Sequence record: DRR378314_1432
DNA length: 33,092 nt
Reading direction: 5' to 3' (one strand)
Position 1 is the first letter of the stretch. Every line of letters starts with the position of its first letter. Below, one piece after another: positions 1-11,325 of the stretch. The notes beneath the pieces are model-generated. The model did not search any database and was not told where the DNA came from. It worked only from the letters and a program-made list of their open reading frames with translations. The position numbers and the translations under genes are program-made.

Positions 1-79
1 GATGCATCGCGCCTATCGCAAGCCAGGTTGGCCAATAACGAGGGTGTGCAAACGACTGCGGATATGAGCTTTTAGACAT
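1..79 (-). CDS. lpxL: Lipid A acyltransferase, LpxL/HtrB family (5' end only, runs off the window)
   Basis: Not in the ORF track. Manual translation from the ATG at 79 gives MSKSSYPQSFAHPRYWPTWLAIGAMH, matching the HPRYW-x-TWL N-terminal signature of LpxL/LpxP. It starts 12 bp after the alanine racemase stop. Confidence 0.75.
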   Translation of the reverse strand, partial: MSKSSYPQSFAHPRYWPTWLAIGAMH

Positions 80-91
80 ACTGGTAACCGT

Positions 92-1192
92 TTAAACAAA
101 GGCTCCATGGTAGCGGCGCGGCGCTCTTGGTAGCACTCCCGTTAACAGGGTATAGCTGATGGTATCGCAATAGCGTGCTACCTCATCAATTGACAACACA
201 GCACCGTTGCTAGCAGCTCCCCACAGCACTACCTCACTACCGATAGCAGCCCCCGGCACGTCTGTGACATCTACGGTTAGCATATCCATGGAGACCTTGC
301 CGGCAATCGCACAGCGCTGACCATTCACTAACACCGGGGTGCCGTCTATGGCGTGGCGATCATAACCATCGCCATAGCCTGCCGCAACGACGGCAATTTT
401 AGAACGCCGAGATGCGCGCCAACGGCCACCATAGCCAACAGGCTCACCCTCCTCTAGTTCACGGAGGGCAATAATTTCGGAGCGTAAACTCATCACCGGG
501 CGCAGTTGCCGGGTGGTCTCGTTGGCTTCTTCCAGCGGGTCACTGCCATACAGCATGACACCAGGGCGATTCCAGTCGCCATGGGCGATTGGCCATGCCA
601 GTGTTGCGGGGGAGTTTGCTAGGCATAGGGGTGCATCAAGCGCTTCCGCCAATGCCGTTAAAGCAGCCATTTGCTGATTAAAGTAGCTGCCCTCACGTGC
701 ATCTGCTGTCGCAAAGTGGCTCATCAAATGCAGTTCGGTTACCTGTGGTGCGCTAGCTAACCGCTGCCAAACATCAGGTGCCTCGTCTAGAGAAAAGCCT
801 AAACGATGCATACCGGAATCCACTTTCATCCATACCGGAATAGGTTGACGGGGTGAAAAAGCCAATAAGGCCGCCACCTGCCACTCACTGTGAACGCTGA
901 TCCAAAAATTGTGCTGATCAACGAGCGCCAGCTCGTCAGCGGTAAAAATACCTTCCAGCAATACAATAGGTTTTTTAATTCCCCCTTCACGCAGGCTAAT
1001 CGCTTCTTCTATGCAAGCGACAGCAAATGCGGGCACCTCAGCTTCTAGCGCACGCGCGCACTCAAGCGCACCGTGACCATACGCATCCGCTTTAATAACG
1101 GCTACCGAGCGACTTTGAGGGGCGCAGCGGCACGCTAGCTGATAGTTATGACGCAGGGCGTCTAAATCAATATGGGCCACCAAGGGGCGCAT
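92..1192 (-). CDS. alr: Alanine racemase (Alr/DadX family)
   Basis: AVIKADAYGHG PLP-lysine motif, KVDSGMHRLG, SHFATAD, GYGDGY, GKVSMDM, TISYTLL. ATG at 1192 preferred; the track starts at GTG 1204. Confidence 0.93.
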   Translation of the reverse strand: MRPLVAHIDLDALRHNYQLACRCAPQSRSVAVIKADAYGHGALECARALEAEVPAFAVACIEEAISLREGGIKKPIVLLEGIFTADELALVDQHNFWISVHSEWQVAALLAFSPRQPIPVWMKVDSGMHRLGFSLDEAPDVWQRLASAPQVTELHLMSHFATADAREGSYFNQQMAALTALAEALDAPLCLANSPATLAWPIAHGDWNRPGVMLYGSDPLEEANETTRQLRPVMSLRSEIIALRELEEGEPVGYGGRWRASRRSKIAVVAAGYGDGYDRHAIDGTPVLVNGQRCAIAGKVSMDMLTVDVTDVPGAAIGSEVVLWGAASNGAVLSIDEVARYCDTISYTLLTGVLPRAPRRYHGAFV

Positions 1193-1245
1193 CACGTTTC
1201 TCACTTACACAGTCAATAGTTAACGGTTGATCAACCAATGGGCGT

Positions 1246-1281
1246 CAAAAACAACGCACCGAGCGATGAACTCGGTGCGTT
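1246..1281 (-). terminator. Intrinsic terminator after rpoS
   Basis: Perfect 11-bp stem AACGCACCGAG/CTCGGTGCGTT (1253-1281), followed on the minus strand by GTTTTTG. Confidence 0.75.
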
Positions 1282-1312
1282 ATGGTCGGTATGACACAAT
1301 AGCTTACCGCGA

Positions 1313-2284
1313 TTAGCTCTCGAAAATAGCGTTAAGAGAAAGGCCCTGCTTTTCCAATGAGCGGCGCAGTTTCTTTAGTGCTTCTACTTGAATTTGCCTA
1401 ACACGTTCGCGAGTTAAGCCAATTTCTGCACCAACTTCTTCCAACGTAGCGGACTCATGACCTCGCAAACCAAAGCGGCGTACCACCACCTCACGCTGCT
1501 TGTCACTTAGCTCATCCAACCAGTGGTCTACGTGCTCACGCACATCGCCATCCACTAAGCATGCTTCCGGCCCTAGCACATCGTCGTCGGTTAAGGTGTC
1601 GATTAACGGCTTATCGCTTTCGCCACCCATTGGGTAATCTACCGAGGAGACGCGCTCATTAAGCCCCAGCATCTTCTTAACCGTTTCTACTGGCTTGTCG
1701 AGATGATCGGCGATCTCTTCTGCTGTTGCTTCATGATCAAGCTTTTGGGTCAGCTCACGCGCTGCACGCAGGTAAATATTTAGCTCTTTAACCACATGGA
1801 TCGGCAAACGAATGGTGCGCGTTTGATTCATTAGCGCACGCTCAATGGTTTGTCGAATCCACCACGTGGCATAGGTAGAAAAGCGGAACCCTCGCTCAGG
1901 ATCAAACTTTTCCACCGCCCGGATTAGCCCAAGGTTACCCTCCTCAATCAAGTCAAGCAGCGTAAGCCCCCGATTAAGGTAGCGCCTGGCGATTTTAACA
2001 ACCAGGCGAAGGTTAGACTCGATCATCCTTGACCGTCCAAGCGGGTCACCTTTACGCGCTAAACGGCCGTAGTAGACCTCTTCTTCCGGCGTTAATAACG
2101 GCGAAAAACCAATTTCATTGAGATAGATTTGTGTCGCGTCCAAGCTTTGAGTCGATTGACGCTCATCACGGCTCAACGCTTTTTCAAAGGCGTCTTCCTC
2201 CGCGGAGACATCATCAACACTATCCAGCGCCTCTTCAACAGCGTCCAGGTCAACCTCCTGTAGATCCTTCTCCAGCATACTCAT
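1313..2284 (-). CDS. rpoS: RNA polymerase sigma factor RpoS
   Basis: [64 protein letters not shown]; lies downstream of nlpD. ATG at 2284 has a GGGGGA SD-like sequence. Confidence 0.97.
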   Translation of the reverse strand: MSMLEKDLQEVDLDAVEEALDSVDDVSAEEDAFEKALSRDERQSTQSLDATQIYLNEIGFSPLLTPEEEVYYGRLARKGDPLGRSRMIESNLRLVVKIARRYLNRGLTLLDLIEEGNLGLIRAVEKFDPERGFRFSTYATWWIRQTIERALMNQTRTIRLPIHVVKELNIYLRAARELTQKLDHEATAEEIADHLDKPVETVKKMLGLNERVSSVDYPMGGESDKPLIDTLTDDDVLGPEACLVDGDVREHVDHWLDELSDKQREVVVRRFGLRGHESATLEEVGAEIGLTRERVRQIQVEALKKLRRSLEKQGLSLNAIFES

Positions 2285-2438
2285 GGTAGTATCCCCCGTT
2301 ATTTCGCCTAACCGCCATTTAGAAAGGTAAAGGTGGCCGCACTCCCTGTGCACTTACACCATTTTTGTTATATGACGCCCTAACTCTAGCTATTCGGGTA
2401 CCCCAAGCACACCAACTGAAAGGTTCGCTTGGCAATGA

Positions 2439-3536
2439 TTAACGGGACGGCAGATAGTCCAAGGGATTTTGAGGCTGCCCATCACGGCGTACTTCAAAGT
2501 GCAGTTTGACACTATCTGCATCGCTATCCCCCATCGTGGCAATCACTTCTCCCGCTTCAACGACATCATTTTCTTTAACGCTTAAGCTATCATTATGCGC
2601 GTAAGCACTCAGATACTGATCGTTGTGTTTGAGTAGTATTAAGTTACCGTAACCCCGAACGCCGCTACCTGCATAGACAACGATACCAGGGCCTGCCGCC
2701 TTGACAGGTTGCCCCTTTTGACCGTCGATATCAATCCCAGCGGTGATAGAGCCCCCCTGGCCAAACTCTCCAGTTACCTGGCCTGTTGCTGGCCATTGCC
2801 AGTTAACATTATCAACAGGTGTAAAGGTGCGTGAGGAGCGGTCAACGCGAGCGGTTTGGCTCGGCTGCTCAGCCTCAGCAGGCGGCGTAGTTGCTGCTGG
2901 CTCAGGCTCTGGGGTTGGTTCAGGTTTGGGCTCTGGCTTAGGCTCAGGCGTTGGTTCTGGCTCACTCGCGGGCTCTGGCTGAGACGCCTCAACAGTAGAC
3001 GTCGCCTCGGTGTTAGCGGCACTTGCGCTATCAGCCACTTGCTGCGCGGCGGCCACCGACGCTTGCTCAGCAGCTTGCTCAGCACGTTCCGCCCGCTCAG
3101 CCGTTAAACGCTGATTACGCTCAATCGCACTCTCATCAGGCAGTAACCAATCTAGCTGCTGATCGTTACTTGCCACGGAAGTCGTTTGAGGATTCAGGCC
3201 TGTTGCAACAGCGCCCGACGCAGGGCGCTCTGGGGCAGAGGAGCCTGCTGACGGGTTACTTGATGCCGCCGCTCCTGCACGCAACGCAATGGTTTGGCCT
3301 GGGTAAATTTGATAAGGCGCATCAATATTGTTGATTTGCGCCAACTGGCGATAATCAAGATTGTGCTGCCATGCGATGCCATAAAGGGTATCGCCTGCTT
3401 TAACAGTATATTGAGGTGAGTCTGCTACCGCGCGGCGCGCTTCACTTAAATCACGCACTTGTGGGGTGTTTTGCTGCTGATTGGCGCAGCCGCTGACAGC
3501 TAACGCCAATACTGACATTATGAAAACCTTACGCAT
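2439..3536 (-). CDS. nlpD: Lipoprotein NlpD (LysM + M23 domain)
   Basis: Lipobox VSG-C, LysM domain YTVKAGDTLYGIAW, M23 motifs GIDI, YAHN, LHFEVR; directly upstream of rpoS. Start at MRKVF (3536) preferred. Confidence 0.93.
   Translation of the reverse strand: MRKVFIMSVLALAVSGCANQQQNTPQVRDLSEARRAVADSPQYTVKAGDTLYGIAWQHNLDYRQLAQINNIDAPYQIYPGQTIALRAGAAASSNPSAGSSAPERPASGAVATGLNPQTTSVASNDQQLDWLLPDESAIERNQRLTAERAERAEQAAEQASVAAAQQVADSASAANTEATSTVEASQPEPASEPEPTPEPKPEPKPEPTPEPEPAATTPPAEAEQPSQTARVDRSSRTFTPVDNVNWQWPATGQVTGEFGQGGSITAGIDIDGQKGQPVKAAGPGIVVYAGSGVRGYGNLILLKHNDQYLSAYAHNDSLSVKENDVVEAGEVIATMGDSDADSVKLHFEVRRDGQPQNPLDYLPSR
2898..2979 (-). repeat. Low-complexity Pro-Glu/Lys/Thr repeat in the NlpD linker
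   Basis: Encodes PEPASEPEPTPEPKPEPKPEPTPEPEP as degenerate 6/12-nt units. Confidence 0.7.
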
Positions 3537-3543
3537 GGAAACC

Positions 3544-4515
3544 CTACTCCTTTTCAACGTCGCGCGCGTTTCCTATTGATCTATGCCCGGCATAGTGCAC
3601 TGCGCGACGGTTTAATAACACCACCAATAGTGCGCCAACCACCATTAGTGCCACAACGCCTACCGTTTGTGCAGATGCACCAGACAATACCGCATAGTCA
3701 CTAGGCAACAGATAACGATGAGCCAACGGGATCATTTGCCCATCAGGGCCAAGCTGATAACGTACCAGCTCTTTCCACGGCCATAACACGGGTAACGAGC
3801 CAACAATAAACCCGAGCAAAAGCTGTAGCGTAGAATCATGATGGCGACGCAGAAGCCACGACAGCAGTCGCGAAAATAACGCCAAACCAACAACACATCC
3901 CATGCCAAAGAGTATGATAATACCGATATCAAAGCTTCGAATAGCCCCTAAAATGGTGCCATAAAGTCCCATCGTAAGCAGCAAGAAGCTACCAGACACC
4001 CCTGGCAACAGCATGGCACTAATAGCAATACAGCCTGCTACCATGACTACCAGAGCTTCATTACCAATAAGTAACACCAGCGGCATCATACCTGGCAGCG
4101 ACTTGGCCAACAGCAGCCCTCCGACCATCGGCAATAAGTACCAAAATTTCCAGCCTTTTCCCGCCTTGGCGACAACAAACCCCGACGCGGCCACCAAGCC
4201 GAAGAAAAATCCCTCTATCAGCAGCGGCTGCGCTTCCATTAGCCAAAGCGCTATATGAGCCACACTGAAAAGGCTAACCGCAACGCCCAGTAGCAGCGGC
4301 ACTAAAAAGGCCAAATTCAAATGCTGAGCCAGCGCTAGCCAACCACCACGACGCCAAGCGATGAAGGCGCCGGGGCCAAACTGTTTGATGGTATTAATGA
4401 GTTCCTCATAAATACCGGTAATAAATGCGATCGTTCCACCTGAAACACCGGGCACCGCATCGGCTGCCCCCATCCCTGCGCCTTTTAAAAACAGCTCTAC
4501 AAATCGACGCTTCAA
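3544..4515 (-). CDS. DUF368 membrane protein (PopT-like undecaprenyl-phosphate translocase family)
   Basis: Duplicated motif GAADAVPGVSGGTIA / AMLLPGVSGSFLL, many TM segments, WPWK. TTG start overlaps the pcm stop. Confidence 0.88.
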   Translation of the reverse strand: MKRRFVELFLKGAGMGAADAVPGVSGGTIAFITGIYEELINTIKQFGPGAFIAWRRGGWLALAQHLNLAFLVPLLLGVAVSLFSVAHIALWLMEAQPLLIEGFFFGLVAASGFVVAKAGKGWKFWYLLPMVGGLLLAKSLPGMMPLVLLIGNEALVVMVAGCIAISAMLLPGVSGSFLLLTMGLYGTILGAIRSFDIGIIILFGMGCVVGLALFSRLLSWLLRRHHDSTLQLLLGFIVGSLPVLWPWKELVRYQLGPDGQMIPLAHRYLLPSDYAVLSGASAQTVGVVALMVVGALLVVLLNRRAVHYAGHRSIGNARDVEKE

Positions 4516-5189
4516 TCCACCACTCCTTGCAATAGAGGTACAAAGCGTACGGGTTCGAGCCGACGCTTTTCAAAGGCACTACCAATGCGTTTTATTTGGG
4601 TGAGCCATTGGCTACCGTCAGGCTCTTCTAATGGAGCAATGAGTACACCATCATGGCTAAGCTGCTCCAATAGAGCTTCTGGCAGCGTTTGAGCACAAGC
4701 GGTTAACAAAATCACATCAAAAGGCGCAGCTTCTTGCCACCCTTCACCACCATCAGCCACTGCCAGCGTCGCTGGGGCATCAAGCCGCCAAAGCCGCTCT
4801 GCAGCGCGTTGATGTAATGCATAAATGCGCTCGACCGAGTAAAGCATTGGCACCAGCCGGGACAGTATCAGCGTTTGATACCCCGAACCGGTCCCCACTT
4901 CAAGCACACGCTTTGGATTAGCCCGCAGCACCAGCTCGGTCATGCGCGCAACCGTCAATGGTTGCGATAGTGTCTGACCAAAACCAATAGGCAGCGCGGT
5001 GTCTTCATACGCACGATGCGCCAGCGCTTCATCAACGAACAAGTGCCTTGGCTCAACTGCCATAATATCGAGCACCCGTGCGTCTTGAATACCCTGCTGC
5101 TCAAGCCGCTCTACCATGCGATCTCGAGTCCGCTGAGAGGTCATGCCTCGTCCGCGCAGCTCGTTGGGCGAAAGCTCAGGCAAAAGCAT
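4512..5189 (-). CDS. pcm: Protein-L-isoaspartate O-methyltransferase
   Basis: [47 protein letters not shown]; follows surE. Confidence 0.95.
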   Translation of the reverse strand: MLLPELSPNELRGRGMTSQRTRDRMVERLEQQGIQDARVLDIMAVEPRHLFVDEALAHRAYEDTALPIGFGQTLSQPLTVARMTELVLRANPKRVLEVGTGSGYQTLILSRLVPMLYSVERIYALHQRAAERLWRLDAPATLAVADGGEGWQEAAPFDVILLTACAQTLPEALLEQLSHDGVLIAPLEEPDGSQWLTQIKRIGSAFEKRRLEPVRFVPLLQGVVD

Positions 5190-5922
5190 CCAACCAGTCC
5201 TGCACGTCGCTGCGCGCGGGATGGCGCGTTAAGTCAGTTTGTAGTGGCGTAATGGAAACATAACCCGCTTCGATAGCAGAGAAGTCGGTATCTTCACCAT
5301 CATCAGCGTTAGCCGCCACCGGTGCTATCCAGAAGCGCGTACGACCACGCGGATCTTTTACGGGAACAGGTTTCTCTGCTGGTCCGCGATAGCCTAAGCG
5401 GGTCACTCTGACGCCTTTAATTTCTTCCCACGGAACATCTGGCACGTTGACATTCAAGAGGGTGCGGGGTGGCAGTGATAGCTGATCGGCAGCACCGATT
5501 AAGCTGGCCGCCACTTTCGCTGCCGTCGCGAAATAGCGCTCACCACACAGCGACATAGCAATGGCAGTCATGCCCAAATTGCGCCCTTCCATGGCAGCCG
5601 CCACAGTGCCTGAATAGAGTACGTCATCGCCAAGATTGCTGCCGTGATTAATCCCCGAAATCACCAAGTCAGGACGCTCATCCCAGACGCCGTTCACGCC
5701 CAGATAAACACAGTCGGCAGGCGTACCGTCTACGCTATAAAAGCCATTATCTAACGCGGTTAAAGAGAGCGGACGAGAAAGCGTCAGCGAGTTACTGGCG
5801 CCGCTGCGGTCTCGATCGGGAGCAACCACACGTAAATTCGCATGGGCGACTAGCGCATCATGAAGTGCCCGCAAGCCCGGTGCATGGACGCCATCGTCAT
5901 TGGAAAGCAGCAGTCGCCGCAT
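5176..5922 (-). CDS. surE: 5'/3'-nucleotidase SurE
   Basis: [49 protein letters not shown]. Confidence 0.96.
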   Translation of the reverse strand: MRRLLLSNDDGVHAPGLRALHDALVAHANLRVVAPDRDRSGASNSLTLSRPLSLTALDNGFYSVDGTPADCVYLGVNGVWDERPDLVISGINHGSNLGDDVLYSGTVAAAMEGRNLGMTAIAMSLCGERYFATAAKVAASLIGAADQLSLPPRTLLNVNVPDVPWEEIKGVRVTRLGYRGPAEKPVPVKDPRGRTRFWIAPVAANADDGEDTDFSAIEAGYVSITPLQTDLTRHPARSDVQDWLDAFA

Positions 5923-5972
5923 TAACGTCTCCTTTATGGATGCCTAGCAAAGATAAGCGCAGGTTAGGCGCA

Positions 5973-7013
5973 TTAAGCAAAATCCGGATGAGCAATTAAC
6001 TCACTCACCACCGCCGTGGCAAAACTTCCCCGTGGTAAGGCAAATGAGAGTACCACGGCATTAGGTAATATCTCGATACTAGGCGAAATTAACCTTGCTC
6101 GCAGCGCCCGATGGGAGCGTTTCACAGCGCTTCTCACCAATCCCTCGCACAGCATTGGATGGCATGCTAGCAACCGTTTTTCGTAGTCTGCCACTTGATA
6201 TTCGGCGAGTTCCCCGACACCCCACAGGGCACCGGTTGGATGAACATCAAGCGCAGCGGCACGACCGATCAGGTCGTCGTCAACGGCGTCAACGGTAAAC
6301 ACACTGTGCGTGCCATCCAGCATGAGCATATCGCCCGCTAGCGGCTGGCACCACGTTCCATCCGTCAAACGCTCGCTCAGCAACTCGTTAAACAAGAAGC
6401 TACGCGCGGTGGAAAGCATCATTCCTTGGCGATCATCTCGCTTGCGCCAACCTTTCGCTAGAAGAGCTTCTGCACGCTGTAAATTCCGCCCTTCAGGACC
6501 AAAACGTTGGGGTCCAAAATAGTTAGGCACACCGTGGCGACAAAGCGCCTCCCAGCGGTCAAAAAAATTCGGACGTTGAACCGCTTCGCCACTAAGCCGC
6601 AAGGTAAAATGGTTCGTGCGATGGACACCGCGTTTGAGTTTTCGGGGATGCCTTGCCTGGGCCAACACCGTAATACCCACTGCCGCTAATGATTCGCTCA
6701 AATCACTTGGCGCCTCGCGTCCGGGCAAATGCACGCTTAACCACTGCCGCGTCACTGCGACACGATCCTTCATCCCGGAGTAGCCCACATCTCGAAGTGT
6801 GACACCACAAAGGCGGCTGACGCTTTTTACCACATCTAACGTGGTTTGATGGCGCTTTTCAAGACGTAACCACAGGTGCTCACCATGATTTTCAGGCGTA
6901 AAGTCCAGCTGCTCGTCGACGACAAAATCTTCTGGCTGAACGCGATAGCAACCTGGACTAGGGGCACCGAACTCGGCATCTAAGCAGCGCTGCCAAGCGG
7001 GTAAATTAAGCAT
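5973..7013 (-). CDS. truD: tRNA pseudouridine(13) synthase TruD
   Basis: [20 protein letters not shown] (catalytic Asp), [18 protein letters not shown]. Confidence 0.95.
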   Translation of the reverse strand: MLNLPAWQRCLDAEFGAPSPGCYRVQPEDFVVDEQLDFTPENHGEHLWLRLEKRHQTTLDVVKSVSRLCGVTLRDVGYSGMKDRVAVTRQWLSVHLPGREAPSDLSESLAAVGITVLAQARHPRKLKRGVHRTNHFTLRLSGEAVQRPNFFDRWEALCRHGVPNYFGPQRFGPEGRNLQRAEALLAKGWRKRDDRQGMMLSTARSFLFNELLSERLTDGTWCQPLAGDMLMLDGTHSVFTVDAVDDDLIGRAAALDVHPTGALWGVGELAEYQVADYEKRLLACHPMLCEGLVRSAVKRSHRALRARLISPSIEILPNAVVLSFALPRGSFATAVVSELIAHPDFA

Positions 7014-7494
7014 TTAACGCCTCTTGGTGTTCAATCAACACCACTGCTTCAGCGGCGATACCCTCGCCTCGCCCGGTAAACCCAAGCCGTTCAGTCGTCG
7101 TGGCTTTAACATTGACCTGCCCAAGGCTAATACCTAAATCTTCAGCGATGACAGCGCGCATCGTATCAATATGCGGCGCCATTTTAGGCGCCTGCGCCAT
7201 TAACGTGGCATCCAGGTTAACCACACAGAAGCCCTCTGTGTGAACCAGTTGAACCACGTGGCGCAATAAATGGCGACTATCTGCGCCAGCCCATGCTGGG
7301 TCAGTATCGGGGAAATGCCGCCCGATATCGCCGAGCGCACAGGCACCCAGCAGTGCGTCACTGATAGCATGCAGCAACACATCGCCATCCGAGTGGGCAA
7401 CAAAACCATGTTCGAAAGGCAGCTTAACGCCACCAATCATCAAATGGTCGCCAACGCCAAATCGGTGCACGTCAAATCCGTGGCCAATTCGCAT
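7006..7494 (-). CDS. ispF: 2-C-methyl-D-erythritol 2,4-cyclodiphosphate synthase
   Basis: [47 protein letters not shown] overlaps the ispD stop (TAATG) and has a GAAAGGAG SD. Confidence 0.97.
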   Translation of the reverse strand: MRIGHGFDVHRFGVGDHLMIGGVKLPFEHGFVAHSDGDVLLHAISDALLGACALGDIGRHFPDTDPAWAGADSRHLLRHVVQLVHTEGFCVVNLDATLMAQAPKMAPHIDTMRAVIAEDLGISLGQVNVKATTTERLGFTGRGEGIAAEAVVLIEHQEALNA

Positions 7495-8210
7495 TAACAA
7501 CTCCTTTCAGATTCAGAGGATTGGGCTACTTGCGACGCCATAATAGCGGCAGCAAGGGCAAGGTCATCAGGATGGGTGATCTTGAGATTATCACGACGCC
7601 CACTAACCAGCTTGGGGGCCTGACCAAGCGCTTCAACAGCCGAGGCTTCATCCGTGACCACACAGTGATTAGCAGCAGCGTATTCAAGGGCGCGCCGCAA
7701 AAGCGCATAGCGAAAAGCTTGAGGTGTTAACGCGTGCCACAGCCGATCCCGAGGCTCTGTTGCGGCGCTTAATTGTTCGGCATTGGCCCGTTTCATGGTG
7801 TCAGCAACCGGCATCGCCAAGAGTGCGCCACTTGAGTACTGCTGAGCAGCGTCATAAAGCGCCAGCAAATCAGATGATGTAATGCAGGGGCGTGCGACGT
7901 CATGCACCATCACCATATCGTTTGCTTGCGCATTTATAGCGTGCAGCGCATTTAAAACGCTATCCATTCGCTCCGCGCCACCCGCCACTCGTTGCCACTG
8001 GGGAAATGGCACCCATTCAGGCTCGAACCAATGATCATCACTATCCAGGCACAACACAAGATGCGCAGTGGGGAAGGCTCGGTGTAGTCGACTAAGTGTA
8101 TGGGCAAGAATGGGCTTTTCGCCCAGTGGCAGGTACTGCTTAGGCTTATCAGCGCCCATTCGCTTGCCTTGCCCAGCGGCGGGCACGATTAGCCACAACT
8201 TGTGACTCAT
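7494..8210 (-). CDS. ispD: 2-C-methyl-D-erythritol 4-phosphate cytidylyltransferase
   Basis: [43 protein letters not shown]. Confidence 0.96.
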   Translation of the reverse strand: MSHKLWLIVPAAGQGKRMGADKPKQYLPLGEKPILAHTLSRLHRAFPTAHLVLCLDSDDHWFEPEWVPFPQWQRVAGGAERMDSVLNALHAINAQANDMVMVHDVARPCITSSDLLALYDAAQQYSSGALLAMPVADTMKRANAEQLSAATEPRDRLWHALTPQAFRYALLRRALEYAAANHCVVTDEASAVEALGQAPKLVSGRRDNLKITHPDDLALAAAIMASQVAQSSESERSC

Positions 8211-8560
8211 TCGTCTATGTCCTCGCTAGGCGAGCTTGGCTGAGTCACTAGCCCCGCATTGATGCCCACTAGCTCTGCCTCAATGGCAACACCCGGCACC
8301 CAAAAGAACTGCTCATCGCTACGCACCATGCCCATGTCGCTACGCGCACGCTCTTCAATCGCATCCAGGCCGGTTTTTAGGTCGGTAACTTCAGCCGCTA
8401 ACCGAGCATTGCGCTCTCGCATCGGCACATTGGCAGCCTCTTGAACGGCAACGCGCTCCTCTACCAGCTGCAAATCCTCCCAGCCACCATTACCTAGCCA
8501 AAGCTGGTATTGGAGAAGCCCCAATACAGCAAGCAGCGCAACCGTTAGCCATTTATGCAT
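8207..8560 (-). CDS. ftsB: Cell division protein FtsB
   Basis: N-terminal TM then LQYQLWLGNGG, a coiled coil, IEERARSDMGMV..E.F; overlaps the ispD start. Confidence 0.92.
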   Translation of the reverse strand: MHKWLTVALLAVLGLLQYQLWLGNGGWEDLQLVEERVAVQEAANVPMRERNARLAAEVTDLKTGLDAIEERARSDMGMVRSDEQFFWVPGVAIEAELVGINAGLVTQPSSPSEDIDE

Positions 8561-8660
8561 CACCGCATCCCTTTGTTTAGGCCTGAACGAGGCGCATTAT
8601 GCCATCATGGGCTATTTCCAGCGAGTCACGCTTTATATGGCTGGCTTTATAAGGCGATTT

Positions 8661-9809
8661 TCATTTGAACGGCAATGCGTCGGTCGCCGCCTCACGATAG
8701 GCGCTGATATGGGCCCCCTCTTCTTGGCAAAATTGGGCGACTCCAGCCGCTAGGCCTGGGTGTACAAGATAGTGCAGCGAACGTACCCGCTGGGGCGCAA
8801 AACCGCGCACCAGCTTGTGCTCTCCTTGAGTACCGGGGTCGAACAAAGAGAGTCCCTTTTCCAGACAAAATTCAATGCCTTGGTAGTAGCAGGCTTCGAA
8901 ATGGAGACAGTCGGCAACCACCTCGCTTCCCCAATAGCGGCCATACAACGTGTTCTCGCCACGAAAATAGAGAGCCGCGGCCACAGGCTGGCCATCCAGC
9001 AGCGCCTGAACCAATACAAGCGCCTCAGGCATCGCATGACGTAATCGCTCAAAAAAAACGTCATTTAAGTAAGGAGGACGACCCCGCTCGTGGTATGTGA
9101 TCGTGTAGCAGCGAAAGAAATGCGCCATCGCTTCTTGCGTAATTGCCTCGCCCTCTAAACGGCGTAGCGTAAAGCCTTGCTCGGCGACCAAGCGACGCTC
9201 ACGTTTAATCATTTTGCGACGCTTCGACGTAAGGCTCGCCAGAAAGCCTTCAAAATCACCAAAGGTGCGATCTCGCCATTGGAACTGAACGCCTTCTCGG
9301 GCAATTAACGCTGGAAACTGGCGCTGCCAGGCATCCACTTCGTCATCTTGTGCAAACAGGAGGTGCCAACTCGATAACGCTTGCTCTTCACAGTGTGTTT
9401 GCCACGTCGCTGCTAATAACCCGCGAACATCCTCCGCGTTGGCATCATCGGCAATTAAAGTACGCGCACCAGGCACCGGGGTAAACGGAATGGCACTTAA
9501 TGCCTTGGGGTAATAATGGCCGCCTGCTCGCTCCAGTGCATCGGCCCATCCCCAATCAAACACATACTCACCGTAAGAGTGGTGCTTGCGATACATAGGC
9601 AACGCGCCCACTAAGCGGCTACCTTGCCATACGCACAGATGGCAAGGCTCCCAGCCGGTCGCCTCGCAGACAGAGCCACTGCTCTCTAAGGCATGCAAAA
9701 ACGCGTGTCGTAGGAAAGGCTGGTCGCTACTCACCAGTGCGTCCCATTGGACGGCATCCACAGCGTCGATAGCGGGTAGCATAATGCATGACAGTGAGCG
9801 CGAAAGCAT
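8661..9809 (-). CDS. GNAT-fold protein, DUF482/FemAB-like family
   Basis: HSYGEYVFDWGWA, YYPK, PFTPVPG, LYGRYWG, LHFEACYYQGIE, GTQGEHKL.RGF. Confidence 0.88.
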   Translation of the reverse strand: MLSRSLSCIMLPAIDAVDAVQWDALVSSDQPFLRHAFLHALESSGSVCEATGWEPCHLCVWQGSRLVGALPMYRKHHSYGEYVFDWGWADALERAGGHYYPKALSAIPFTPVPGARTLIADDANAEDVRGLLAATWQTHCEEQALSSWHLLFAQDDEVDAWQRQFPALIAREGVQFQWRDRTFGDFEGFLASLTSKRRKMIKRERRLVAEQGFTLRRLEGEAITQEAMAHFFRCYTITYHERGRPPYLNDVFFERLRHAMPEALVLVQALLDGQPVAAALYFRGENTLYGRYWGSEVVADCLHFEACYYQGIEFCLEKGLSLFDPGTQGEHKLVRGFAPQRVRSLHYLVHPGLAAGVAQFCQEEGAHISAYREAATDALPFK

Positions 9810-9969
9810 GATGCCTCCCGAGGCATATCGTTTAAATGGTGAAAGTGTGACCTTACCACCAACCAGACTGTCAGTGCTTTTGTTGATGCTGTCATTTCTA
9901 TTTAGTGTGAGGTATTCAAGTAGCAGGACAAACGACTATTGTTATTAAGAATTAACCCAAGGAGCTGCC

Positions 9970-11325
9970 ATGAAACGCGATTTAATGCGCCTGTTGCACA
10001 CTCAGCGTCATGCGTTTGGCCAAGCGCCCTTTCCCTCATTAAGGTTACGACGAGAGCGCTTAGCCCGCCTTGCACGAATGACTAAGCATCACCAGCGGGA
10101 GATTATCCAGGCCATTCAAACTGACTTCGGCAAGCGTAGTGAGACAGAAATACGCTTAGCGGAGATTAACGCGGTGCTGCATGCCATTCGTCATACACGG
10201 CGACACCTCTGGCATTGGATGCACCCATACGCTGCCAACATGCCATGGCGTTTATGGCCCGCCCGCGCCCGCATCGCTCCTCAGCCACTTGGCGTGGTGG
10301 GTATTATGTCGCCCTGGAACTACCCCTGGAGCTTAGCACTGATGCCCGCTATTGATGCTGTCGCAGCGGGCAATAGCGTCATGATCAAGCCCAGCGAGCA
10401 TGCCCCCAATACCAGCGCCCTGCTGGCTAAGCTGGTACCGCAGTACTTTACCGATGAAGAAGTATGCGTTGTTGAAGGCGGCCCAGAGATAGCACAAGCG
10501 TTTAGCGCACTACCTTTTGATCATCTGGTGTTCACCGGCTCGACGGCGGTGGGCCGCCAAGTTGCACGTGCCGCTGCCGAGCAGTTAACCCCGGTGACGC
10601 TTGAACTAGGTGGTAAATCACCCGCTATCGTGGCGAGTGATGCTGATCTGGATCGTGCGGCCGCCTCAATTATATTTGGCAAGGGAATGAATGCTGGCCA
10701 GACCTGCATTGCGCCGGATTATGTGCTCGTAGAAAGCCGCCATCTGGAAGCCCTTATTCAGGCGCTAAGTCGAGCTATCGAACAGCAGCGCCCCAGCGAT
10801 AAAGAGGCCACGGGCTTTGTCAGCCCCCACCATCAGAAACGCAGTGAACGGCTGATAGCACAAGCGAGAGATCACGGCTGCCGCATCATCGATACCGGGC
10901 AACACGCACCAGCGCTCGTCATTGATCCAACCCAAAATCTTGAGCTGATGCAAGAGGAAATTTTTGGCCGTGCACTACCGCTTATCAGCGTTAAAAACAT
11001 CGACGACGCGATCACCTTTGTGAATACCCGGCCTCACCCACTGGCACTTTATGCCTTCACCGACAATAAGTTGCTGCAAACAACCTTGCGTCACACCACT
11101 CGCTCTGGTGCGCTGGTATTTAACGAAACGCTGCTTCATCACGCGGTTCCCGCGCTGCCCTTTGGTGGCGTTGGTGAAAGCGGCATGGGGGCTTATCACG
11201 GTCGCCACGGTTTTGAACGATTCAGCCATTTACGAGGTATTTTTTATCAATCAAAACGGGCCTCTAGCGCACTGATAAGGCCGCCTTATAAACGCTGGCT
11301 ATTAAAATTACTCAGGATTGGCTAA
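9970..11325 (+). CDS. NAD(P)-dependent aldehyde dehydrogenase (ALDH3/coniferyl-aldehyde dehydrogenase-like)
   Basis: PWNYP, KPSE, FTGSTAVG, LELGGKSP, catalytic Cys in AGQTCIAPDY, EEIFG, PFGGVGESGMGAYHG; AGGAG SD. Confidence 0.9.
   Translation: MKRDLMRLLHTQRHAFGQAPFPSLRLRRERLARLARMTKHHQREIIQAIQTDFGKRSETEIRLAEINAVLHAIRHTRRHLWHWMHPYAANMPWRLWPARARIAPQPLGVVGIMSPWNYPWSLALMPAIDAVAAGNSVMIKPSEHAPNTSALLAKLVPQYFTDEEVCVVEGGPEIAQAFSALPFDHLVFTGSTAVGRQVARAAAEQLTPVTLELGGKSPAIVASDADLDRAAASIIFGKGMNAGQTCIAPDYVLVESRHLEALIQALSRAIEQQRPSDKEATGFVSPHHQKRSERLIAQARDHGCRIIDTGQHAPALVIDPTQNLELMQEEIFGRALPLISVKNIDDAITFVNTRPHPLALYAFTDNKLLQTTLRHTTRSGALVFNETLLHHAVPALPFGGVGESGMGAYHGRHGFERFSHLRGIFYQSKRASSALIRPPYKRWLLKLLRIG

Noticed and set aside
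2898-2979. Tandem repeat as a CRISPR or contingency locus
   Set aside because: It is a degenerate in-frame Pro-Glu linker within nlpD with no repeat-spacer structure.
2743-3382. Short overlapping ORFs within nlpD (and similar 60-150 aa ORFs across the window)
   Set aside because: They are antisense or alternate-frame shadows of well-supported genes and have no recognisable motifs.
9868-9895. PHO box upstream of the aldehyde dehydrogenase
   Set aside because: The two CTGTCA half-sites are 21 bp apart, not 11 or 22.
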